From: Amphiscolops sp. MND2022
Taxonomy: Eukaryota
Direction: 5' to 3'
Assembly (NCBI GenBank): GCA_964187785.1
Contig: OZ076416.1
Span: 35,960,001-36,024,000, forward strand
DNA: 64,000 nucleotides
In this document: positions 1 to 12,675 of the stretch, piece after piece
Layout of the letters: each line of letters begins with the position of its first letter
Numbering within the stretch: the first letter of the stretch is position 1
The notes under the pieces: generated by a model
Told to the model about the DNA's origin: nothing
The model's input: the letters and a program-made list of their open reading frames with translations, nothing else
Database searches by the model: none
Made by a program: the position numbers and the translations under genes

Positions 1-666
1 AACATAATTGTCCAAAGGGACAAAACTTGAAGGAAACTCCAAAAAGATGAAGGGAAGGGTGACTGCTGAAAGTGAGCACACCATCACAGTTCAGCCGAAA
101 GCCGGAAAACCGATAATATTGTCAAAGCGAGATGTGGCTAAAGGGAACGAAGGAGCCAGCACAAGCGCATTGAGGCATAATTTAGGAGCCAGCACGAGCG
201 CACCAAGGCCAATAAAATCAAAGAAGGCAAAGAAGCAAAAAGTGGCAGCTGCAAAGAAAAAGCCAGTCTGGGAGAGATGGCAGAAAAAGAGTATTATCGA
301 GGCAGACTCTCATCAAACGAGGGCGGAGAAAAGGAGGAACGTAATGAGCAACCAGAACCACAAGAAAAAAGCGCTGAAGCAAATAGCGCAGACGAATCAA
401 CAATACCGGCAAATGAGGAGAAAGAAATGAAAACAACAGAAAGTATGGAAGAAGAAGAAAAAGAAAAACAGGAGGAAAAGAGCAAAGAAAAGAAAGTACC
501 CGTGAAGGGACAGATAAAGTGGGAGAAAGTAGCACAAAGAAGCTCAACGAAAACCCAGAAAAAGCCTGATTGGCTAGGAAATAACATAATGGTCACAAAG
601 ATCGAGCAGGAATCCAGCGTCGGAGAAAGTTTACCCAGCGTAAATGAAATACTTCCTCCTCAGTAG
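1..666 (+). mobile_element. Probable 3' tail of a Ty3/Gypsy-like pol, frameshifted
   Basis: Overlapping ORFs 8-430 and 277-666 give a low-complexity K/E-rich tail ending RSSTKTQKKPDWLG, resembling the RxSxRxxxxPxxL/Y ending of many Gypsy integrases. No catalytic motif is visible in the window. Confidence 0.35.
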
Positions 667-747
667 AAGCAAAAACTGAAAAAGGAAACTCATCAAACAT
701 TGCTGAAAACCTTGATAAAAATGCGGCCTAGTTATATTTATCGCCCT

Positions 748-1009
748 TGTCATGTAAACTATAATCATGAACCCAGCCCGCAGTTTGAGTTTTAAAAGAA
801 CTGGTGTTGTAGTAACATTTGTTCACAGTTGTTTAATTGTGTTTTTAGTTGACAATTATACACCATGGAAAAATTAGCAGCCTGTAAAAGTATTGGCCAA
901 AAGACGGACCAATCACGTAACGATGTTAAGCTAATTGTAAATAAAGTACAATTGTACAAAACCCCATGACCTTCATTAATACCGAGGGAAGTGTGGTAGG
1001 TGCTCGACA
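748..1009 (+). mobile_element. Candidate LTR downstream of the pol-like tail
   Basis: Begins TGTCATG, ends CTCGACA, contains AATAAA near 940. No polypurine tract directly upstream and no partner LTR in the window. Confidence 0.25.
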
Positions 1010-3394
1010 ACTAACATTACATAACCTAAAGCTAATGTGAGAAAAACAATAGTGTGAAATACTTTATTACGTAACATATAAACAACCTGCCAAATTATGC
1101 CAAAGTGGCAAAATAACATCTATTGCCATAAATTGAAATACCGTCGAATTTACAGTTGCTATCATATTCTTCTTTACTTCCACCCCTGAGTCGTAGTCGT
1201 TAACAGTAGATCATATCTTATGTAGTTTCACTCCAACTAAACAAAAAATTAGGAAGTTTCGACTAACCAGCCAAGATTCGATATTACAACGAGATAAGAA
1301 AGCAATGACTTTTATCTGAAGCTGGAAACGCGAACCAATTCGTTTCTATTTTGCCATTTAAAATGGTGAATTTAAAATGAGAAAATCCAATGTAAGTCAA
1401 AATAAAGCTGACACTTGGAACAGTTTTATTTCAAAATGGGCTTTCTTAAAGAACTTGTATTCTAGCTGGAGCCTATTGTTTGTCGCATGGCTTCGTTACT
1501 CCCTAATTAAGCATATATGGGGTTACATAGATGTACAGGAAACTACTTTTACATATTCGTAGTAGGGTTTACTATCGTCATGTTTAGAATGTATAGGAAA
1601 TTGAAACAATTCCTAAGTTCGCATAAATACAACAAAAACAAGAATTTTAATTCGACATTACACGTGGTAAAATTACTAGATTATGGCTTTCGCTAAATGT
1701 TAATATTTTATCGAAGTCGCATTTTCCAGTTTAAAAGCGCTCCACTAACATCAACTACAACTCGTTATAACAAAACCTTGAAAGCGTTAAATAACAAACT
1801 CTGAAACCTATTATGGGTATCAAATTGTTAAAAGTCCAAGTTCTCCTAGAGACTATCAAAAATACAATTTTTTCTTTTGTATTGATCTTAAACTTAATCT
1901 AAATTCTTGCCTAATGATAATGGGCCTCAACAGTCTTGATTTCGTAGTAAATATTTTAAAATTTTACAACAAGTTGATGTAAATGATGTTCTCTCCGACT
2001 TTTTATGAGGCGCAAACAAAGGTAGCTAATTTCATACTGAAACGCTCTTTGGAAACTGGCGCTAATTTTTTCACAGGTCGCTTAAGGACATCATCGTGAG
2101 TTTTGATGGCCGCTGATCACACTACACCTTCTTTTCCTAAGTCAGTTTCCATTGTTCGTTAAACTTTGTAGTGTGACTCACATTGTTTTCAATCAAACCA
2201 CCCAGCAGATCCAGCATTGCAGCATTTGCTTTAGACATCTTCCATTGAGACCTAATGTTGTTCTGGGTTATGTAATATTTATTTCAATCTCTTTCAATTC
2301 GAATCCGCATAGGTTTGATATGATGGTTTTCCCCATTGAACAAATGGAATGCAAATGTTTGCAAGACACAGAATCCAAAGAAATTAGGTTATTAGGCAAT
2401 TTCCAAACATGAGGGTAATCGCTTGTTGGCATTTTTGCTCCCGCGTTTGCCCCACCAAAGACAGTAGTAGTCAAGGATTCATCTGTGAGTGACAAATTTT
2501 AGGAATGACCAACTTTTTCGGCCTTAACTTCTTGCAAATTCTCACCAACTTCTCTGGTATCCCGTCAAAATGAGCTTGTTCAATGGCTAGTTATTTGAAA
2601 ATCACGCAATCGCCTTGTTGTTTTTGTTCAAATTTCGGTCTTGTCTGAAGATTTTGAAACTTTCATTTACTGTCCCGGAATTTTTTCACGAATTCCACTG
2701 GTCAAGTTTCTGAGGTTCGAAATTTTGTTTTCTCACCTAGATCAATTATGATATCTATGGTGTTTCTTGTTTCCCGTGCTGAGTGAGCCTCAAAACTTTC
2801 ATGTGGAAGATCCCAACTTTTAAATACGTTTCATAAAAAACAATTGTCAGAAAATGACAGCAATTATTTGTTGTTGTAAATGCGATGGAGTTTGATGGAG
2901 TTTTACCCAAAGTTCTGCCTTTCAAAAAAATAATTATAGCCTAGAAATTGGGTAAGCAATTGATATCGAAACCTTTCAACTATCTCAGAAGTCAACGTCA
3001 TAGTAATGTGAAATTCAATATTGAGTACACGCTGCACTACAGCATAAAATCGATGGACCAATGCCGTCATCGGCAGAAGCTTCAAAACGAGGTGCTATGT
3101 CGTTCCAGACTTTTGCGCTCTAGTCGAAATTTCTTCAAGAATGTGGAAAGTGATTTTTCTGTGAAACGTTTTTTCTTCGTTAAATTCGTTCTGAGCTCAA
3201 GACTTCGTTTTTTCCAGTCTAAAACATTTAATGTTGTTGGAAGGATAAAACAATTCGTTCAAAGTCAACGAAAAATCAAATTTGCCAAATATTTTTAAAT
3301 CCACAATGCCTTTCTTTTGCTTGATTTATCAGTTCAAGTTGACTGTTGACAATAATTTTAAATCGTTCTGAACATGTGGCTTTTTTTCAACTAG

Positions 3395-3589
3395 CCGATT
3401 GTTCCATTGCGTGCACTGACTACCACAGAGTGTGTCCAGGGGTCCTCAACAAAACCTTCATCCATGACTTCAAAGAAGAAATAAAAGATGAGAATTATGA
3501 CATTCCAGAACTACTCGATACACTTCCTGAGACAGCGGATTGCTCCCACTTCTTTCTGAGGAGCAGGTGCCCAATGTCATGTGGAACAT
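3395..3589 (+). CDS. Internal exon encoding an ShKT-like Cys domain (CTDYHRVC...CSHFFLRSRCPMSCGT|C)
   Basis: Polypyrimidine tract plus AG at 3393-3394, GTGAGT donor at 3590, phase 1-1, 195 nt open. C-x-D-x4-C...C-x8-C-P-x-S-C-G-x-C pattern. Confidence 0.6.
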
Positions 3590-3633
3590 GTGAGTTTTCT
3601 CTTTTTCATTATTTCATGAAGAAGTTAATGCTG

Positions 3634-3929
3634 CCCTGGTTGAGAAAAAATACAATCCTTGCAAGGGCCTTGTAAGGTACTTGTACTTAATACGTTCCTT
3701 GAAAAATCTTGCAATAAAATGTACTCCTTGCAGGAATCTTACAAGGAAATGTGATCAGTTTAAGATCTTTCAAGGAATGCATTGTTTCCGAGGATCTTGT
3801 AAGGAATGCATTTTAAGCAAGGATCTTGAAAGATTCTTTTGAGAAATCCAAGGAAAATGCATCATATGGTAAGATCTTGAAAGGTTCTGGCAAAATCCTT
3901 GCAAGGAACGCATGTTTCCTCAAAAAGGG
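3634..3929. mobile_element. MITE with CCCT...AGGG termini and internal degenerate ~30-bp repeats
   Basis: Imperfect TIR (CCCTGGTTGAGAAAA vs CCCTTTTTGAGGAAA), flanked both sides by TGCTG, internal GATCTTGxAAGGAATGCAT units. Confidence 0.5.
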
Positions 3930-5657
3930 TGCTGTGGGTAATTGCAATTTTGTTCACACATGTCCGAGTTCAAACGCCCTCAAATACTAAGCAGCTATTA
4001 AGCCCCAAGTTTTGAACATCAACTTTATGAGCTTCATGGTGGTAAAAACCTGAATAAAAATCTAACTGTATGCATTTCTGGGAAAACAAAGCGTGAACTT
4101 TTGAATATTTACATTTGCATCTTCATTTTATTTTATGCCACATTTTATCCTTTATTTTTGCTTCTTTGCATTTTCTTTCACATTACCTCTGAAAGCAGAT
4201 TTTAACATAGGGTTGAGTTTCGATCCGTCAAGAAACATTAGAAGTTTCCACAAGCATTGAATTATGAGATCCAACAAGACGGGAACGTCCCAAGTGAGCG
4301 CCATATCTAAGGCTCAAAAATATTCAAGGAACAACTATTGGAAACATTTGGAAAATTTTTTTCAAAAAAGTATTTTTAAAAAAAGTCTCACAATGCCGAA
4401 AAACTAAAAAAGAGGCCATTTAGGCTCATTAAACGTTTTTACAAACCTAAAACTTCAAAAAAATGCATGGGGGTACCCTTTGGTCCCGCCTCTACTTTTG
4501 GAAGTAGAAAAAAATTGTGGTTTAGTGCGAGAATCGAACCCACGATCTCCTGCTTCTCAGAAATTTAGTTGAACAAATGGACAAAAGATTGTAAAAAAAG
4601 TGGACAATTCAGAGTGAGGTTGTAGGCTGAAAAAAACTACCCACTGTAATAGTCAGGCTTTTTCCTTAAGGGAAAAGGCGCCTACTAAAAAGATGCTAAT
4701 TAAATCAAGGGCATTCTGAAATTGGTTCAGCCCAAAGGACAGTGCAATTGGAAATTTTGGAAGGAGTCTGATTCCCTCTGATTTTTAAAAACTTTTATAC
4801 TTATTTATTCAATTAATTAAGCAACGCTGTTAACTTCACTTTACTTTCCGTTTAAGTATTACTGCTGCTCTAATGAGGTGTAAACGTTTTGCTTCATGAT
4901 TTTTAACCGAGGTCGAAAAACAAACAATGGCTTTTGTGGTTGTTCGTAGGCATACCTTGTTGGGCGGTCATGTTGAAAAATCTCAGCGATAATGGAACAG
5001 AAATGTCATCCCAAAGAAACTCTGGTTAGAAAAATACTTCATCTTCAATAATTTACAGATCTCTCTTTAGCCTTAGCAATCGGTACTAGTTTTCTTTTCT
5101 TATAAACTATGTTGCGAAGGAGAAAATTGACGGTAATAATTTTGATTTCACACTGGGTGATCCAAAGGCAAATCACACCCGAGTTTTCGAAACAGTGAAC
5201 AGCAAGATTTGATATGGATTTTTTGATACACAGAACTTAGAGTTTTTTTAAATCTTAGTTGTCACTCATGACCCTCCCATATTGAACAATCGTGTTCAAC
5301 TGAAATCGTGTCAGCTACGCTCGCACTTGTATTGGCTTTTTCATCATTGCAGATATAACATCGAGAATGTAAGGGCCTGAACTTTAGCGGAAGATGTAAT
5401 CGATATGCCCAGTTTGGACAAAGACACTTCGGTAGAAGAGATTAATGAGACGTCAATAGAAAGATAAAACTATAACCTGATCCATCAACTACGTAAACTC
5501 ACACTAAAACCAAAACTGCTGCTTCGCATTGTTGTCTTTTTAGTGCTATTTTTAGTGCTAGGTTTGTTTAAAATACGACACTGAACCTTAGATTTGCCCT
5601 AGTTGTAATCATGCAAACTCCCTGTGCTCTTTCATTGTAAGAAATACTACTTAGCAG

Positions 5658-6073
5658 GTGAAGCCCAGCTTGGAAACCAATCCAGTTTTTATTGACGTTT
5701 TGTCATTTGCCCAAATGCAACAATGAAAGCAATCGATTCTTTAACTAGGACACCGATGCTTTCCTTACGTTCATTGTTGTGACACTTTGACCAACGGTCG
5801 CCAGGTACTAAGGACCGATTTATAACAAATAGCTGCACAACCGAGCCAAATTTTAACGAGACTGGAGACTTGTACCAAGATCAAGTTTGGAAAGATTTGA
5901 AAAATCTGCTAGGAGGGACGTCTCCAAGTGGTCTTCTTGTGCTAAAGTCCGTAAAATGGGGACGAGAAAAGGAGGGGACAGCCCGCGTGCACGAACTGAC
6001 ACCCACAACCCGGAGATACCTCGATTTTGTTGAATGTAGCCAGCAGAACCAAAACAAACACCCAAATACGTGA
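5658..6073 (+). pseudogene. Putative exon or pseudo-exon with two in-frame TGA codons
   Basis: CAG acceptor at 5655-5657. The phase-1 start GT would complete the last ShKT Cys (CGT|CEAQLGNQ). One frame runs 138 codons with internal stops only at 5693 and 5780. True donor uncertain. Confidence 0.3.
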
Positions 6074-6519
6074 ATGCAACCCTATTTTGTTCCGTAAAGT
6101 ACAAATTTTGGAAGATTTTAAAGGCTATACGGATTATTCACCAAGTCATGGTCGATGATTCGATGTTTTGGTGGCAAAGTTATCGATTTTGTTTTGCTAT
6201 TCAAGGGTTGTAAATACCGGATCAATTAGAACTGTTATTTTTACTCGAGTATTGCATGTATTGCATCTAACTGATGTATCTCGAGTAATTGCAATTTTCA
6301 GACATCGGAGGAATGTATCAAAACTTAAGACACTTCGGATACTTTTTTACCTTGCTTGAGAATCGTGTCTCAAATTGGAGTATCCAGAAGGGCAACGACT
6401 TGGAAAATTAGAACAGCTCATTCGGGGTCCACGCTAAAATCTAAAAAGTTTGTTTGCCCTTCCAAGGCTGAATATTCAAATGATTTAGATTAGATATCAA
6501 ACAGTGAAGTAGTGTAATA

Positions 6520-7747
6520 CAGTGTAGCTCGCCTATTAACAACCCGGATTATAACATCCACCGTTTACTAGCAACAATCAACCAATCCCCTTTCCCGAGA
6601 ACATGTAAAATACATTGCATAATAAGAACTCGTTTATTAGCAATAATCGGATAAAAGCAACAGTTAACCACTTTATTTATCACATGTGTTGCTAATAAAA
6701 GATGACGTAGTGGATTATAATTAATCAAATTGCTGGAAAATTGAAGTTTCAATACAGTGCAGGTTTTTACATGTAAATCAACGGAACGTTTTACACATTT
6801 ATAACCAATCAACGCAATACATTAAACCGTGAATTACTGTGCGTACAATGGAGAGAAAACCACGAACAGAATTGACTCTGAAGGAGAAAATTGATATCCT
6901 TGGCAAAATAAATTCGGGTGTTAAACAAACAGATTTATCCATGCCACAAACAGCCAGACAATGCATCATGCCACAAACAGCCAGAATTTAATTTATTGAA
7001 TGTATCCATACGTTATTTCCCACCAAACGTAGCTTCAATCATACAGCCACTGGATCAAGGTATCATAAGGGCCTTGAAGGCACACACTACAGAACGAATC
7101 TAATGCGTCAACTCGGGCTTGCTATTGACAATGGCGAAATTTTGGAAAGTTATGCAAAGTCTGTCACTGTTTTGAAAGCAGTTTTTCTAATCTAAAGATC
7201 ACTTTTTCTGATATCTCCACAAACAATAACCAACTGTTTCAAAAAAGCCCGTTTTGTTATCGAAAGAGAAATTTAGGTCAATAGTGCATCAGAACGAAAC
7301 GAGATAGATGCTTTGTCAGAAGAGTTACGGTCTTTATTAGGCATTGAAGATTTCGATAGTTTTCTCGACATGGATGCAAATTTGAAATGTTTTGGTCTCC
7401 TGACGGACTCTGAAGTTTGCGAGGAAGTAATTTCGAATGACATTGATGTTTTTGAGTATCCGAGTCAATTTCCAGTTCCTCCATCGTCTCATCGAACCCT
7501 CCAAAAAATCGAAGAATTGAGATCTTATTTTGCGAACCATGAAGATTTTGTGCTCAAACTTGATACTATGGAAACTCATATTCTGTCCAAATCTCATAAA
7601 TTGATTCAAACTAAAATAACCAGTTTTTTCAATTTATGTTTTGGAAAATTTTTTAATCGTTTTTGAATCACCTCGGTTAATGTAAACTTCGGTTAAAAAC
7701 AACTTTATAAGCAACCCCGACCAGTTGTTATTATCCGAGATACACTG
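6520..7747 (+). mobile_element. Internally deleted pogo/Tigger-family DNA transposon
   Basis: TA target duplication, TIRs CAGTGTA(G/T)CTCG...AACAAC. Remnants of a CENP-B-type HTH (MERKPRTELTLKEKIDIL, 6848), the DDE_1 motif FPPNVASIIQPLDQGII, and the C-terminal QTKITSFF. Confidence 0.85.
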
Positions 7748-8304
7748 TATTTGGTTTGTAATATCGCAGTAACAACAATGATCCAACAATGGTCCAATAG
7801 ACTACAACGATAACTAGAGTGAAGCTATAAGTGCATTTGGTTGGATAATGCAATCTGGACAACACGTCAACTTGACTGCAGCAAGTACCAGTTGAACGCG
7901 TTTGCTTTCTATTTAAAGTAACAGAGCTAATTCTTCCGTTGTTATTATTACTGCAAATTAACTGAAATTGGATAATACATTACTCAGTCATTACTAATAA
8001 AGTGTAGTATACTCAATAGTACCTTTGTTAAACAGAACTGGTTCACAACAACGTTAATGCATGTATGAGAATATAGCACTTGTATATTTCAAAGTAAAAC
8101 GCACTTTTAATGTAGGGCGTTCTTATTGACCTTTGGTCCAAAATAACTGAATAGTAATTTCCAGATTAACTAGGCGAATTTAGCTAAAAATATGTAATCA
8201 TATGGCCAAATTAGTAGCATTTATTAGGTATCAATTGCTTTCTAAGTTTCAGATGGGATTTGGTACGCATTGTCATTTGTTAAAAACTAAAGTTAAGGTC
8301 ACTG

Positions 8305-8889
8305 TTAGACCAAGATCTCCTGTCTGGGCGAACCTAAACATCTTCCCTGCTCTAGATCGTGCTCCTTTTCCTGGACGTTACAAAGTTTTTGTGATACCTG
8401 TAGCTTACAGAGTACTTTTTTATGTGTTGATTTCAAAAGTTTCAAGTTCGAAGTCATTGCTTGATTTTGAAGTTTCTCAAAAACGTTGTTCACACAAATA
8501 TGTGAAGTCAGAAGTTCTTCGATACGTTTTAGAAATTCTTTTGTGGAACTTGAATTTGTCGGATACCTGCTGACAAGGACAGCTGGGTTCTTCTGTTGTA
8601 ACAATTTGGGAAACACGCATTTCACATACAAGATTTGGCAATTTCAGTTAACAATAAACAATTCAAACAAGGTTTGTTCAGCGAAGTGATAAAGGTTGTC
8701 CGGAAATGAGACTCGGAAACTCTGCTCTGAATTGGTTTTTGGTTTTGGATCTTTGTGTATAAATCGTACCAATGATTTCAAAAACTTATTGAGCCTGATT
8801 GTCAAGAGGGTCATGTACTGACAACATTTTGACGTAGATTGACGTTGTGTCATTTCTTCTTGAAATCTGAAATGGATGGATTTAAACAT
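8305..8889 (-). pseudogene. Degenerate ORF, possibly a LINE endonuclease remnant
   Basis: ORFs 8644-8889 and 8305-8631 are in one frame separated by a single stop. VLVSRYPTNSSSTKEFLKRIEELL loosely resembles the APE YRPP..EF segment. Confidence 0.25.
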
Positions 8890-9018
8890 TTCGAATCAGT
8901 ATATTGAAGAATCGGTATAATTGAAGAGTTATATTGATACATAGTGAGATTTATAACCCATAATAGTCATGCTTAATAGACTTTAAAAATATTCTTAGAT
9001 GTAAGGCGTGAATTTCAG

Positions 9019-9237
9019 AGCTTCAGCCAAAGAGCGACCTCATTGAGATAATTGGTGCCGTGGCGACAGACCCTTGGTTCAAAGACCAAAGCGTAATCGA
9101 GAACACATTCAACGGGATAGAAGAGAAAACTAGGCATGAGGAAAACTGTTACGTCTCTTCTTATGGAGACCCACCATCTGTTTACTACACAATACCTCTG
9201 GCTACTGTCAAAGAAATAGCGCTTTTATCGATTGGTT
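9019..9237 (+). CDS. Internal exon, N-terminal half of an F5/8-type C / fucolectin-like domain
   Basis: TTTCAG acceptor, GTAAGT donor, phase 1-1, 219 nt open (ELQPKSDLIEIIGAVATDPW...NTFNG...CYVSSYGDPPSVYYTIPLATVKEIALLSIG). Joins the exon at 10037 in frame. Confidence 0.6.
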
Positions 9238-10036
9238 GTAAGTAGTTTATTATTTTAGTATATTGTGTTGACCCAGGTAGGGTTTAGATGAAGATCTTGA
9301 CACACTTCGCGCTTTATATGACCCATGTCATGCAACGTTCTTGTATTTTGTGGCAAACTGCTGGAAAGATCTTACGCAGACAAATATTCACCGGGGTGCC
9401 ATATCTCCAAATCGCAAAACATTTCCACGTGATCGAAGAGATGGAAACTTTATGAAATTTCGATCAGATTTTTGGCGGTGTTTATTTCAAATTAAGCAAC
9501 AAAAAGTACAGCACTTAGCTGATTTTGGCTATTTCCGAAGTATATTATGCAATATCGAGGAAACAGCTGTTCGTAACGAAGAAGGCCTGAGCCAATTTTT
9601 GTGACTTTGATTCAGATCTTCACCTTTAATTTCAACACTTTTACAAACACAAAATGCGAATTATTCTGTTTTTACTTAATAAGAGTATTGTCGCGTCGGA
9701 ATTACAGTCTTTGGTTGTTGATTTTGCAAGAAAATATCAGAAAAGTTATAAATAAGAAAATTAAAGACACCTACGGTAATGACCGGGGAAGATTAAGTTT
9801 CCATGTGATGTTTGAGATAATGCGTGAAGAAGGTCGAAAAAGTCCGGATTTCCTGCAAATGCCATTTACCTTTAATTTTCCAAATCTTCATTTGATTCTA
9901 AGACGAGAAGTGTCCTTGTTATTCTGAAAACTTTGCTATTGAATCTTTTTGTCAAACGCATGTCCCAAAAGTGCGCTATCCCTAACTCTAACTCAGTCTT
10001 TGATATGGTTATTGCTTTCGAAATTGGTATTTTTAG

Positions 10037-10249
10037 ACCGTTCTACATACAGTGAGTCACAATTTGCTGCCAGTGTTTGCGAGGGTACTTCTTGTGTGAG
10101 GTGTGGTCGCTTTCCAGACATACCGCCTTCAAAATGGGGAACTCTCAAATGTCCTGAAGGGGCCAAAGGCGATACCGTTAAAATTGTTTACGAAAAAAAG
10201 AAAGACAATCCGCTCCTGAAGTTCTGCGAAATCCAAATTTTCGGCCATG
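10037..10249 (+). CDS. Internal exon, C-terminal half of an F5/8-type C / fucolectin-like domain (copy 1)
   Basis: TTTTTAG acceptor, GTCAGT donor, phase 1-1, 213 nt. CGRFP...LKCPEGAKGDTVKI...LKFCEIQIFG matches the C..G..V.I...L..CEV.V.G pattern. Confidence 0.65.
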
Positions 10250-12675
10250 GTCAGTGGACAGAAAAGTTGCATACATAAAAAAACATCACCAGAATGCATC
10301 GGACAGTCAAATCCCATTGCTATTTTGTTTTTTTGCTAAGCAGCGTTGAGCTGGCAGTTGGTTTTTATGACGTGAACTGATTTGAACTAGTTGTTGACAA
10401 ATCTTTCATCAGCTCAGATGAAAGTCGGCGCGTTCGTGGGCAATTTGTTATAAAATGTTACGAAGTTGGTATTCAACTTGTCAATCATCCCAATGTTAGG
10501 TTATTGTTAAGTTTGGAATCTTGACCAGTCATTGAAAATTGGAAGTTTACTTCGATAGACTTATTTTAACAACAAAATTTAGAAAATGATTGAAATCGTG
10601 CTTCTAAAATTTAGTTTCACTTTCGCTAAAAATGATGGCAGATAATTGTTTTTTTTTAACTTAATAGTAGTAATTTACTCGAGACCAATTGAAAAACTAA
10701 AATGCAGGGTTACTTGAATAATCTGATGTAAAGATGAGAGGATAATGGGATGGAATGATGCAAAAACGAACGAATCGCCATCTTCTTTAGGTGTAGACTT
10801 AAATTTCTAAAACAGCTATTTAACAGTGTTTCACTTCAATTATGAGTCTATTGACCGTTTTTGTTGATTACTGTTTTGTAGAAGGTAAAAATCGAACTCT
10901 ACGCAGATGCAAATAGTGCTTATCAATAAAATACTAACTCTCTTTTTCTCTTACTTACTTTCCCTGTATACCTATAGTCAAAAATTAAAACGAAGGATCT
11001 TTGAAGCGGGAAGTTAAGTGGCACTGCAATATTTTGTATACTCCTACTACCCTCCCTCATAGAGAAATCGGACAATTTCCAGCCTCAATTGTTTGTCAAA
11101 GAGCCCGTAGCGGAAAGATACACTATTGTTCATTGAAGCGATTGACAAATGCAATCTCAAGCAAAATTAACAACCAGTCAGTTGTTACTTCATTCGTTTG
11201 AAACTTCATTCGGACTTGTCAACAGCTTTAGTGAACAATAGTGTATAATAAGCAGACGAAGACGGGCATTTCTCAAGTCGAGGTTGCTTTTAAGGCACAA
11301 AAAGTGTCGAGTCTTTTAAGTATGCTCAAAGACATTTCTCATCATAATTGCGATTTTTCTCACAACGCCAAAAAGAACCTTTAGACTTAGTAACCACAAT
11401 AAAAAAACCAAGCTGGAACTTTGGTGCGAAGAAACAATTCAAAACTTGTCACAGAGTGGTGAAAAAAGTCCATATAAGTCAATTTTTTTACTTGAAGAAA
11501 TGTTTTGTGACGCAAATTATCGAAAAAAATATCTAAAAGGGGACAACAGAATTTTTGATTGAAAGGAACTCAAGTGCCGAAAAAATTGGAGGACCCTTTC
11601 TTTTAGTATCAAGTAGTTTCGTATATCATGTTAGAATGTGAAAAATTCAGTGGAAGAGTGTAGAGAACTTAATGCAGAGAACCTGAAAAAAAATGAAAAA
11701 AAGGCGTGTCAAAAGTTCAAGCTAATGAGTGAAGCTGTAAAAGACAATATCAAAATCCTATCTATATCGTAGGTTTTTCGTAACAAAAATATTTAAATAA
11801 AAATTTTCCAAATTAAACAAATGAATCAAGTTGATAAAAATTTGTTTATGTTGAACAAAGGCTCTTGTTTCTCCCATTAAGAAGGCAACTTTTTGAGATT
11901 ATTTTTAGCTTTTCAAAGCAGCTGTTTCGGCCTTTTTGCCCATAATCCACTTTTTTGTGCCGATTTGCTTCTTTGTATTTCACTTTCATTCCCAAACTAC
12001 AATTGTTGCAGAATTTATCAAAGGATGATTCGGAACCGATTTCGACAAGAAGGAAATGCGACAATGACATCAAGATGAGTATGGTGGTGGGTTTATAAGC
12101 TGGGTAATTTTGTCCGAGTGCATGTTTTTAGTAAAAACCTGACACATATCAATTGATTCATAGCAGCTCTCTGGTTTTCATATTTTATAGCAGGCTCCGT
12201 CTCTTGACCACTTGGATGCAAAAATAGTACCATAGCTTGCTGTGGGCGACAGTAAAAAAATGCGCCGACTCAGAACTGTTTATTTTACGTCCATCCCAAT
12301 GAAATAAACTTTGGGAAATAAACTTTCTTGTTTTCTTTATTTCTCAGTTTGCACAGCAAAAATGCAACCTAGTGTGATACCTTTCGAAACTCTTTTTGAG
12401 AATCCATGAAAACCTCGGTAAGAAGCTTGACAACAGAACCAAGAATATCAACGATCGATCTGCTAAGATCTTTTGGAGCGTTTGAAGAGAAACACCAACA
12501 AGCATCAAAGAGAACAAAAAAACCGACATCAACTGCAGCACGATCAGCATATCAGATACAACGCTGCAGTTCATGCTACCAACAACGCTTTCATGTCCTG
12601 AATTTTATTACTATGTGTTGCACTTTCACGAAAAGTTCAAAGAATGATTGTTTAGCTGGTAGTGCGAACAGAAAC

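Noticed and set aside
2051-3298. Several short ORFs on both strands
   Set aside because: No recognisable motif or clear splice signals; left unannotated.
4650-4690. Hairpin followed by CCTACTA, and a similar hairpin plus CTAGT near 50320-50352, as Helitron 3' ends
   Set aside because: Stems are imperfect and no matching 5' ends or second copies occur in the window.
5693-5782. TGA read as Trp (alternative genetic code)
   Set aside because: The BtpA-like gene ends in TGA, and Trp is TGG in NME5, the BtpA-like gene and HYDIN.
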